From Albugo candida (lineage: Eukaryota), in NCBI GenBank assembly GCA_040437565.1, contig JBDOQK010000018.1, positions 186,001-250,000 on the forward strand: a stretch of DNA of 64,000 bases, given 5' to 3'. The translations under genes and the position numbers were made by a program. The notes below the pieces were generated by a model. It saw nothing but the letters and a program-made list of their open reading frames with translations, made no database searches and was not told where the DNA came from. Positions 1 through 11,433 of the stretch are shown in pieces; the stretch's first letter is position 1; every line of letters begins with the position of its first letter.

Positions 1-82
1 ATATTTCTGTCGAGTAAGGTGGTAGCCTACTTCCTCACCAAATGTGAATACCGGTGCATCACTGGTATACCAAGTCGTTTGA

Positions 83-615
83 ATGCCGGAAGTGAAAGGA
101 TTTGGGGACTATTTGACCAAAGAGGAGCATCGAGGTCACATGTCAAGAAGCCCAAGAGGTTACCTGTCATCGACGAGGAACTATAACACATTTGATGAAG
201 ATCCTGTAAGCATACTGAAATATTCGGCCTGATCACATGCTCTTTGATACTCATTCTTAGAATGTGAAAAGAATGCTTCATACCAGTCTTCAAATCGAAC
301 AAAGCATTAAATCCATGTCTGAATCGGAGATTATAGCAAAGAACGCGTTAGTAGAGTTAGAATTACAACGTGCGCAATTGCAAGATATGCGAGGTATGGT
401 AACCGAGACATCAACTCTGACATCTCAGACAAGAGCCTTACTACACACAATCGCCGAGCGAACATATCGAAGAAAGGTGCATACTTACTGACGCATACTT
501 TACGTGTCGTTCTATCTCCTGTTACATCTTGTATTGTAAGGTTTTTCTGTGGATGGTGATCGTAATTCTGATTATAGCGGACTTGCTTATATTTTATTTG
601 ATATACGTACGCTGA
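83..615 (+). CDS. Short Vti1-like Qb-SNARE (SNARE motif plus C-terminal TM, about 137 aa, no Habc domain)
   Basis: Manual splicing: ATG at 83, GT-AG introns 206-260 and 477-540, TGA ending 615. Heptad SNARE helix ESEIIAKNALVELELQRAQLQDM with a zero-layer Q, basic RRK, then TM VFLWMVIVILIIADLLIFYLIYV. Confidence 0.75.
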
Positions 616-1401
616 AAAGGGAATGTAGATGTCAATATTTTCAGTCGCATGTGTTATATGACATTTTACCTACGATACCGGTATAGGCAGCTAAGCTACC
701 CGCATTAGCTGATGGGCGAGCTGTCTATCTTTCATCATCAGACTCAGACGAAAAAGCCGGTCCTTTTCTAAACTTACACGCATTCTCCATCTGAACCCTT
801 TTTTGGCATCGAGTCGTACTTTGAAAATCGCGCTCTTTACCACATCACCTCCAATAACGCTACATAAGCCAGTCAGTTTATTGCTTCCAGAAAGATGACA
901 GAACTATTTCTGAGTTACCGGGACGAATTTGAACAGTATCGGGATGATGCTTTAGAGCAGATCAANNNNNNNNNNNNNNNNNNNNNNNNNNNNNNNNNNN
1001 NNNNNNNNNNNNNNNNNNNNNNNNNNNNNNNNNNNNNNNNNNNNNNNNNNNNNNNNNNNNNNNNNATCGTAATTCTGATTATAGCGGACTTGCTTATATT
1101 TTATTTGATATACGTACGCTGAAAAGGGAATGTAGATGTCAATATTTTCAGTCGCATGTGTTATATGACATTTTACCTACGATACCGGTATAGGCAGCTA
1201 AGCTACCCGCATTAGCTGATGGGCGAGCTGTCTATCTTTCATCATCAGACTCAGACGAAAAAGCCGGTCCTTTTCTAAACTTACACGCATTCTCCATCTG
1301 AACCCTTTTTTGGCATCGAGTCGTACTTTGAAAATCGCGCTCTTTACCACATCACCTCCAATAACGCTACATAAGCCAGTCAGTTTATTGCTTCCAGAAA
1401 G

Positions 1402-2422
1402 ATGACAGAACTATTTCTGAGTTACCGGGACGAATTTGAACAGTATCGGGATGATGCTTTAGAGCAGATCAAGCTATTGGAAACTACGGTCGAAGAAGGT
1501 TGGTGACAATGATTTATCGATGCGTAGCTCTCAGCTTTCATCGCAGATCAACGCGAGGTAATAGTTCGGAAGGCAGAGGGCAACATTGAAGAGGCTGAGC
1601 GTTACGTATGCAGACTTTGCATCAATACGATTTCCGATCGAAAACATCATTATCTTCTTTCTAGCTGCGAATACTCGAAAATGAATCACGTGCTGGTGAC
1701 TCGCAAGAGCGTAGGAAAATGCATCAGCAGTTGCGGAGTTGTAAATCACATGTCGATCGTCTCAAATCGCGACTCGATCGCACGAAACTGATCGGTCAAA
1801 GTCAACAAGAGCTTAACGCTCGACCAGAGCAGATGACCGCGGTGAGAAAATTGATCGGACCAGTGTCCACGTTTGTGTTTAATACTGCTGCGTCCTGTTT
1901 GGTAGCAAGAGAATATGATGCGATATCAGAAACGGCTGGATAGGTACATCAAATAAAGTCAAGTTCATTTTTTTCTGCTTTTCAGTGACAGAATGGGCTG
2001 ATTGTAGAACGGATGATCATTTGACGAATGCACAAGCAATTATTGCTGAAACAGAAGCAGTTGGTACGTTATTTGTTAGAAGGAAATGCGTATATGCGTT
2101 CAATGATGCATTTTCGTAGCCACCAACATCACAAGTAATCTGCAGAATCAACGAGAGCACCTGGTGGATGTCCGTGATAATGTATGTCATGATCGCACTT
2201 TTCATGATTCTAGGTGTTGAACATTTCAATAATTAGGTGGATCACGCTCAGAGTGACACAAAAGAAGCGGCTCATCATTTACGAAAACTAAGGCGAAAGC
2301 ATCGATTACAAATTTGGGCTTTGTATTGTATCATTCTCTCGTTGATCATCGTAATTTGTTTTCGCCTATACACCCGGTTCAAGCCTCCGCCAAGTCATCC
2401 AGAAGCTCCGCCAAGTAAATAG
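1402..2422 (+). CDS. VTI1: Vti1-family Qb v-SNARE, multi-exon
   Basis: N-terminus MTELFLSYRDEFEQY resembles Vti1 Habc. The spliced SNARE motif AETEAVATNITSNLQNQREHL..LRKLRRK is followed by a TM and a short Pro-rich tail. Several GT-AG introns. Confidence 0.8.
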
Positions 2423-2549
2423 ACGTGGTTCACCAGAGCTTCACTATAGATTTTACGTATCAATATTCAAACAACCGATGTCAATGGTATTTTTTTGTTT
2501 TGTATTTCGTTGACCTTGGCACCCTGAAGCGAACTTCACATTTCTGCAA

Positions 2550-4166
2550 TCAGGTGGATGTGTAGTGTCTCAAACGGTACAGAAGGACGCGACCACGTTT
2601 GTTGCCACATGCAAAATACCCTATTTGGAACATCATGAGATAACGTGACAGCGTGCAAACGCTAACATACCGCTGTTTGGACTGAAGTCAAGAGCCGAGA
2701 TGTAATTCAGAGGAGTTCCGGACGTTGGCCAATTGGAAAAAACACTGAAAGACGGCACGTGAACGAATCGGAGTGCATCTTTGGTTTCTTTGGAGGCCAA
2801 TGCAAGAATCTGAGCATCCGAGTTGAATTTCAGATAATTCACTGCAGTTGTTAGGTGCATCAACGTTTTGAGTGGTTTCTTATGACTCCAATTTTTGTTC
2901 GAGTAGACATTTACTACCCCACTACTCGATCCTGTCGCAAAATACTGATTGCTTCGACTAGCAGCGATCGACAAGTTTCCCAGACTGCCTTCATCTTGAC
3001 GAACTTGCATACATCGTAATGAACCAAGATCCCACTGATATACTTGACCATCTGTGCCTGTGCTTAGCACGCTTTGATTGTCGTCACAAAACGTAGCTGC
3101 AGTCACGTCTCCGTTCATCTTCATACTGCCAATCGCTTGATTCGACGAGGCAGATAGTAGTGTCATGTACCCATCGCGTCCAAGTAGCAAGACGAAATGT
3201 CCATCGGAAGACACAGCGAGCTGTTTATAATTCTTTTCACGCCGTGGCCCAAATGTACTATTACTGAGACTAGAACTTGGAATAGTGGTCACTTTTCCCG
3301 ATTCTAAATTGTAATTGATAATATGAGGTCGAGGTCCACACAAAAGCACATTATTCCCGTCAGAAGTGAATTTTGCATCAAGTATCGGAAAATCTTTGAA
3401 GAACACTCCTTCTAATTTCGCATTATTTGTTCCATCGACTTGAAAGAAGCGAAGTGTTTTGTCTGGACCTCCAGTCAATAGTAATTGTCCTTGGGGATGA
3501 AAATGGAGAGCTAGGATGCTTGCAGCTGAAGTGCTATGTTGATTTGCATCCTTGACTCTACTCATTTCAATCTGCCCACGGTTCAGCAAAGAACTCTCTG
3601 AACAAGCGCTATCGTCAGCTAAAAGTGTCGATGTGGATTTTGATATGTCGAAAACATCATCATCGGAGCTATCGTCATAGTGATGCATGCGTTTTTTTCG
3701 CCTTGCTAGTAATTTTGGATTCGCCCAGGCCAACGCTTTACTATCAGCATCGTTTTCGGTTCGTTGAAATCTACACCAGAGCAAAGTAAGCGGAAGCAAT
3801 TTCAAGCTTGGAGGCAACGCTTCTCTTACTGTTTTTTGAGTCGTTTTTGAAACTCATAACCATCGACAAGTGTGTCATTCTCATTGGTGCGAAGTTTTCG
3901 AAGTCGTTTCTGATTAGTCAGATCCACCTGGATGTTCTGATCGTCTTCGTCTTTCCATGCGGCTTTCAGTATTTTACTTTTGTTTCCTTTCGGTGAATGG
4001 ATTGGTTGACTGGGTGACGCGTTAGGGCGGTCAAATAAGAATTCTGTCAGCCTCAGTTCCTCTACAAGCAGCGACCGATTCGTGAAAGTTGATAATGAGA
4101 TGAAACATAGATCGTACCTGCCGTCGGTTCCTCTTTTTCATTTGCTTTGCTTCTGTGTCGGGCCAT
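2550..4166 (-). CDS. UTP18: U3 snoRNA-associated protein 18 (WD40, SSU processome)
   Basis: WD40 ORF 2633-3817 with R(V)KDAN, FQVDGTNNAKL and VFSNWPTSGTPL. The spliced last exon GYFACGNKRGRVLLYRLRHY* and an upstream exon RKLR..EFQKRLKKQF match UTP18 family motifs. Confidence 0.92.
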
Positions 4167-4230
4167 GGCGTCCAACCACAACGATTTATATGTAATTATT
4201 CTGAATAGTCAGACATTTCTAATCATGAAT

Positions 4231-4241
4231 TCAACCAATCA
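4231..4241 (-). promoter_or_regulatory. CCAAT-box-like element (TGATTGGTTGA) upstream of UTP18
   Basis: Lies about 65 nt upstream of the UTP18 ATG and resembles the CCAAT upstream motif reported in oomycete promoters. Confidence 0.45.
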
Positions 4242-4469
4242 TAGCGTACACAGCATGAAATGTGCTTTCATGAACCAAGACATTGGTGTCAAGCATTTCA
4301 TTTTCATTTACACTGTTTATNNNNNNNNNNNNNNNNNNNNNNNNNNNNNNNNNNNNNNNNNNNNNNNNNNNNNNNNNNNNNNNNNNNNNNNNNNNNNNNN
4401 NNNNNNNNNNNNNNNNNNNNATTGGTGTCAAGCATTTCATTTTCATTTACACTGTTTATCTGGTTCTTT

Positions 4470-5320
4470 ACCTAACATGTCTTAAATCAACTGAAACATT
4501 GATTGTCACCGGTGTCGACTCCAGCGCATAGCCTGAAAAGCATCAGCGCTTTGTAGCACTGTAGCGAGACTACTTTACCTATTCCATACGTGATATCGTT
4601 CGCCGTTTCCACCGTATGACTCCCATCTGTGACTCAATCACACCTTCAGCACAAATACCGATCAATATCGGGTGTAATGATGTGGTGGTGGTAGCAATCA
4701 GATCGAGCGCTTCGCTTCTTCACACCCAGATGCGCTGTTGAGCGAGAACTGTAGCATATTTTACAATATAATGTCTCTCACCTTCTCTAGTGCACAACAC
4801 CATTTCAAGCGAACAACCTGGCAGACAGCATCTTGAAACCAGGATCTTTTCATCCTGAGCTAGCTGCTGGGGACCACTCCGCTTGCATGAGGACGTGAGG
4901 GAAGCCGATTTGTGCTAGTATAGCGCCGACACTTGATGCATCCTTCGTGTCTAAAGCAGTCATGATGTGAAAATATTAGCAGCTTTCTGCCTGCACGTGT
5001 CGATGTGGTGATGCAAACATGTCACGTACCCGCTCTCTCTGACGGCGCAACTCATGCACGCAGTGGACACAGTCCTTGCGAAATTTCAGTATACTTGTTA
5101 AAAAAGAAGTGTCATTGTTTTCAAAAGCGTCATAAAAGCTCCTAGTCGATTCGAATCTGACTTTTTGAGTATCAAAGCATAAGCGCTCCTCAAAAGTTGC
5201 AACGCAACCTTCCGGAAAAGCTGATCCCCCGGAAGCCTAATCATTTACTTTAAGATAATGCTGATAATCTTAAATACTCGGGGCATATTCTTGTTCAATT
5301 TGTTGTTCTGTCATCCTCTC
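4470..5320 (-). CDS. Possible multi-exon hypothetical gene, boundaries uncertain
   Basis: Open minus-strand stretches SFYDAFENNDTSFLTSILKFRKDCVHCVHELRRQRER|gtacgt and DGSHTVETANDITYGI|gtaaag..tttcag|GYALESTPVTINVSV are bounded by splice-like sites. No recognisable domain. Confidence 0.35.
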
Positions 5321-6742
5321 TTTGTGTCTTTTTTATTATTGCCAGTGCCTTCAAGTATATCAACATATCTCAATGCTGATGGATCTCGTAAACTGCGAAT
5401 GAACCATCCACGCAGCCGACTAAACACAAAAAAATATGCTGTCATCAAATATTGTTCGTGATAAGCTGCTTATATTGCTTTAAGCAGACCAGTAAACGAT
5501 TGAAAACTTCTTTCAGTTGTCGTAGTAATCAATGTGATTCAATTCTCCAATTGCATAGCAAACCCGAGGTATCTGATGATGTGGATAAAAGAATCAATAT
5601 TCCGAACTGGTAATGAAGTTGGTTAGACCGTCCTAGTCGTGTGAGTGTTAAGCAAAGTTTGAAGTAAGTTTGAAGTAAGTTGACTGAATAAGCAAGAAAA
5701 NNNNNNNNNNNNNNNNNNNNNNNNNNNNNNNNNNNNNNNNNNNNNNNNNNNNNNNNNNNNNNNNNNNNNNNNNNNNNNNNNNNNNNNNNNNNNNNNNNNN
5801 CATAGCAAACCCGAGGTATCTGATGATGTGGATAAAAGAATCAATATTCCGAACTGGTAATGAAGTTGGTTAGACCGTCCTAGTCGTGTGAGTGTTAAGC
5901 AAAGTTTGAAGTAAGTTTGAAGTAAGTTGACTGAATAAGCAAGAAAAAATAATTATTTTCCAAGTAGACGATTTATCTGTATATTGAATAAGCCGAGGCC
6001 CTTTTCGTGGTAGCCATAGCGAGCAACGAGAACCATCATATCCTGAATGAAAGATGATAATTCTCGCTGCTACGGGAAGGCGAGAAGACCGGTTCTATAG
6101 AAGCTAGATATGCCCCAGAAATCAAAATCATATTTTTATCGCATGCATGACGAACAAGCGACCATGTTGTGCGCCCATAGTACCAAAAATTGTGCCATCG
6201 TAGGAGATATTCCGCTTCGTAAATGGGCTAATCTATCCAAGCACGTACAATCCATTGTGCCCCTGTCAAAACTTCTGACAAATCCTTCATGATAAACTGA
6301 TATTGTGAGACAAAAATGAATCAAGCCTAATTTCACGAATTAAATTTAGGGTCGACAATGAGAGATAGTCATAGAGTGCCAAAGCACACTACGTCAGAGA
6401 ATTAGTCGTCAAGTTACAAGACTAAGACCGCTTTTAGCTAGCGATATGACACAATTTGACAGTCGAGCTTCCTGGCCGTAGAAAAATTTGGGCTTTGGCA
6501 AGGATTCTAACATATGAATAAGATTTCAGCGTTCTGGGACAAAATCCCTGGATTAATACACTTTTGCCTCAGTCGTGGCATGGTCTGTCCGGACTACGTT
6601 CTTACTTGAGCATATATGTAGTCACGAAAACGTTACTACAGGCACAAAGAAAACAAGTTTTTACATGTGATATTATCAAATTTTTGTCAAAAATAAGTAA
6701 GGCTCACTCCTGTGCTTGGCTATTACAATCGGCCTCTTCGCT

Positions 6743-7300
6743 CTAGCCTTCAAATTTATTCTCAAGAAATGCACCAAAATGTTGAGCGGTGAATGCAGAA
6801 AAGGTCATCGACTCTCTCACATAATCAGCTTTCCGATCAGCGATGGATACACACGATTCAGTGAATTTGAAATCGATGGAACATTTATTTACTTTCAGTA
6901 GTGTAGAATCGCGAACAAAGTGAGAAATTTCACAATACTTGAATAGGCATTTACCGCACTCCGTAAATTTTGATGCGAAGTCCACAATACACAAATATGT
7001 CGGTTCTATTTCGGAAGGGCATGTACGTTTAAAGTCTAGCTTCAGTATCTGGCAGTTTTCGTTGGATAGAGCATTTTCCCGTATTGTAGATGACAAATAA
7101 TTTCTTGTCAAAAATGTAATCGTAGCCTTTTCGCCGTCAATTTTCAATGGAATAAGTCTTTTGACATCGCTCCTTAATATCACCTCATAGCAATCATATA
7201 AGGGGATGCCATTGTTCGCCTTTACTATCGCTTCGTACATCAAGTCACCTTGAGATTCCCCGAAATGTAGTCGAACCCAAAACAACAGCATTATCTGCAT
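6743..7300 (-). CDS. Candidate secreted Cys-rich protein (effector-like), intronless
   Basis: About 185 aa from MQIMLLFWVRLHFGESQG (short hydrophobic N-terminus), 9 Cys including CGKC, in a gene-sparse interval. An alternative ATG lies at 7339. Confidence 0.5.
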   Translation of the reverse strand: MQIMLLFWVRLHFGESQGDLMYEAIVKANNGIPLYDCYEVILRSDVKRLIPLKIDGEKATITFLTRNYLSSTIRENALSNENCQILKLDFKRTCPSEIEPTYLCIVDFASKFTECGKCLFKYCEISHFVRDSTLLKVNKCSIDFKFTESCVSIADRKADYVRESMTFSAFTAQHFGAFLENKFEG

Positions 7301-10300
7301 GCTTGCATTTACCGATGTTCTTTGATTCCACGTCATCATGTTACTCTTTGTGTGCTCGGTACGATATCTTTTAAAATGACGTGATCTTCATCACATACGG
7401 ATATACAGTAAACATTCTGAAATGTAGTCCATGTTTCTGATCATATTAGGTGCAAGTAAAACAAGCACACACAACAAAGCTGTCCCACTTTAGTACAAAA
7501 GAAAGGGAACCGTTAAAATTCTCTCAATGCGTTTGGTAAAATCTTCTCAGTTTGATATGATTGTGTAATATTCGAGTACGTTTCGATATGATTGGCTCAT
7601 TCTCGAGACTGAGAATTCAACCATATCGACTGCGAAAGAGGCTATCATTCTCACCCGGAAAGCATCTTTAGAGACCAAGTTTATGAAACAAAAGTTCCTA
7701 TGTCATGAATGACCCGTATACAGTGAAATATTAGGTCTCAAGTTACAGAATAGAATATTTTTGTGTTCTCAACAAACCGTAAACTATGAAATAGTCTACC
7801 AACAATGAGCTACACGAACAAACGCGAACGCTAACTGAACGCAAAATTGAGCGCAAAATAGTTCACGGCGAAAAGTAGCGGGCAGTGTTATCATTTTGTC
7901 CCTTACCAAGGCATACGTTAGCACTATGCAAGCATAAAATTTGCCAATCATATCAAACTAAGGGGATTTTCAACGGTTCCAAAAAGAAGTTGAGTGAACA
8001 TATATTCGATAACCACAGTAAGAGCAGCACGCATTATGTGGAAGTGATACGAACCACGGTACCAAGTAAACATTTTTGCTCGTAGGTGTGGCTGGTCCAA
8101 TAGAATACAGCTTCACATTAAAATATGGTAAACTTTTATATCCAATCACGACAGACTTGAAAATCCCAGCGTACGTTATAAAATTTATGAATGGTGCTTG
8201 ATCCCACAGAATCTGCGTTTATGCCTTCCCACCTCTTTAAATATCGAAACAAAACTCGACCATGTAGAAACGTGAATTAAGTCCCTTTATTCTTGAACTT
8301 GGGTCTTATTTAAAATGCTTGTGCATTATATAAGAGTATAGTGAGCGAATTCATTTGCGATATCAAGTTCGAATTTTTGCCAGCTTATAAATGTGCCAAC
8401 AACCAAATGTTGGCTCACACATGATTTTTTCTCTTGATGATTGTGGCATCGTCAAAGGGGTTCAGATGTCCAGTGCAGTAAGGAATTGGGGATGATAACT
8501 TTTTCACACTACTTGACGCAATTTTTGTTATTTTCTTCAATTGCATATTCAGGCATATGTAACTTCCACCGTTTTCGACCAAAGATCATGCATGCAATGC
8601 CGACGATCTCGTTTTGTAATTGCAATCTATACCCAATGGAAGCGCTGCGCTTATCTCTTATGGTAAACTCAATCTAGGGTTGAGTTAATAACTACGGATC
8701 TTAAACTGGTATTATCAAGGAACTCTGTTTAAATTCCTTGAAGCAGGAATCCGTAGTAGAGGGAAGCTAATTGACTGTCGATGGTACACCACTACGTTGC
8801 AAATAGACATTTCGATATCGTTTGTAGGTCAAATTAGAGCTCTATCAGCAGTGGGTGTTTTTCCAGGAATCGAGAAAAATTTCGGAGCAGTGACGTGATT
8901 AGTAGCTTCTTTTTAATTGCATGATAAATACTTTCTCGTCAATGACATAAACGTTTCAAAAAGGTAAGAATTCGTTTTACACCCTCCGCAAAGTTAGGAG
9001 ACACATACCCTAGGAATTGGATTCTGTTGTTACATGCGGTTCTCTAAAATACCAAAAGGCTTGCTCCAAATCTCATTTGCGGGAAGAAATTACATGATAA
9101 AGCTTCATCAAGATGACTGCAATGTAGATTGCAGTCTCATTTGGCTGGTGCGGTTCCATTCGCTCCGTTGCAATTTTGGTGGAAATAGGATTTTGTACCC
9201 GGCTCCTCCGACGCGTGGTATATAAGTTAGCGCGTCAACCATTTGACCACAAGTGTGATTAATTATTAGCACTAGTCTTCACCATTGAGAAAGGTGAACA
9301 CGCGTTCAGTTTGTCGAAGACATGTCAGCTCAAACCTACCAGGAGGCGGACAGAAAGCTGATCGATTTTCTTCGTCAACTCTGGAGCAGCGACTGCTATT
9401 CTGGATCCTTACAAACACGGCTATACTCTTAAAATGCAGGTACCTTTCGCCTTTACAGTATTGTATATAGGAGTCTTTTAGCGTAATGATCTAGGTAGGC
9501 CGAAATTACTTTCTTTGCAATGTCTCGGTAGTTATAAATCATCTCAAATAAACCGCTAACTAAGCTACAGATCATAGCAACATTACATATTCGCTTATCA
9601 GCAGAGAAGTTTTATCTTGGCTGCGAGCTAGCTGGAGATCCTAGGTTCAGCATTATTGAACTCCGTCGTTAGCATTTCTGAGGTTACAGATAGCACCGCA
9701 GAAAGCGATTTGACGCATTGAACTTCGACATTCTACTGGTACAGTGTCATACAAGTACCGAGGTTCAGCCCTCTATAGTCGTGTACATTCCCTGATTCCA
9801 GATTGTCAAAGGAAGATACCATATCACTCGACCGAGATATGTAAACTCGATGTGTTTTTTCTATTTTGTTCAATCAATGGGTTCTACCGATTTCATTTCA
9901 ATTGTTTTCTATTTTCTCCACTATTGCTGCCAAGACATAATTCTACGATGACAGCTGCAAAATGCAGTATTTGTATGGATCAATCAAAGTTTCTCCTTAA
10001 GCAATAACCGCTCTGATAAGTAGAAGTCGACTTTAAGTGAAGGAGCTGTGCTTCGGTATTTTGCACACATTCAACATCTCAGCCTCTTTTTATTATTTAC
10101 AGCTTTTTTTCCACATTCACCCAATCCGGTCGAGCATTGATTAGAACTGCATTAGGCAACTAACCAAGTATGAAGAAGGGATACCATTTTGAGGAGGATA
10201 TAGGCGGATTACGCATGTATATGATAATAAGTTTTGTTTTCGAGTACTAATAATTCAATTTAGGTCATACAATAATATGTCTATAGCAAGCGTGACACTG

Positions 10301-11433
10301 ACTTCAAAGCTCAGCGATCATGCAATTTAATTCTGTAACGACTAGGTAATTAGCGGATAATTTAAACATAATGGTAGTACCTGGCCAAGGCCAGGAGAAA
10401 CCGGAATGAATATTTAATCGTCCCCTTTGAGACGCACCTCGTTGAGAATTTCAGCCATAATCTGGGGGATACCCAATTACTGCTAATGTACGATTTTACT
10501 TGACCCGTGCAATTCCTAGCATATAATATAGCTTGCTGTATGGAACTCACTTTTTCCTGAGGTGTGATACTCCTTTTTTCTTCTAAAAACACAAGAAATA
10601 CTAAAGAACGTAAATGCCAGAATTTCTGAAGACGAGAAAACAGCCAATATTCTCGTCCAACATTCGCCATTGTGACAGCAGTACGACTATGGTTATTTTG
10701 AAAAGGCAAGATGTTTTGCCTTGGAAATTTCTTGGCTATGAGCATGTGATACCTCGATTCCACCCGCATGGATTCGCCGCTTGTATGGGCTACTACTGAA
10801 ATCCGAGTTGACACTATCAACAATACCACAAATGATTTACAACTCTTACACCCCTTTTTCGCATTCTCAGGTCTTTCACTACATTATATTGGATGCCAAA
10901 GGTACGATGCGGACACCGGTTATGATTGCAGCCTGCAATGAGGTCATGTCCAGTCCTTAAGTGGCTCGTGATGCTCCGGTATATCAAGTTGCCCGGTGCT
11001 TACTTTGGTTTTCCTAACAGACTGCGCCTTGCTTTTAAGTCTCAAGCTGAGGTCGAATCTGATTACTATCTCTCTTGAAGCTGTTCTGCATCGAGCGCTA
11101 TCATCGGCCACCATCTTTAGCATCAAGCTTTAGAATTACACCCTTGACTCCTTTCATCCAGCAGGCACGAGTTCATTAGCGCCATCGCTTCTTATCATCA
11201 CTTGATGCTGAGGCGTGCTTGGATGCTCTAACCATACTCAGGTCTCTTTTATACACTGTGATGAAATCTAACATTTGCAAAAGCGCTGCAGGCATTTAAA
11301 ACTCTTCACACTAAGCACTAAAAGTTGAGTCCTGTTGAATATTTGAAAACAAAGGATCGCTTTATTGAAGACATAAGACGCAGACAACTTGGATTCTGAA
11401 TCAAAACGAATATTCTTGGATAGACATGCGCAT

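Noticed and set aside
895-1122. Apparent third small SNARE-like ORF
   Set aside because: Chimera across an N gap, made of the duplicated VTI1 start and the duplicated TM exon of the upstream gene.
5572-5690. C/D-box snoRNA-like arrangement (TGATGA ... CTGA)
   Set aside because: No convincing terminal stem or antisense rRNA guide that I could identify; such short boxes occur by chance.
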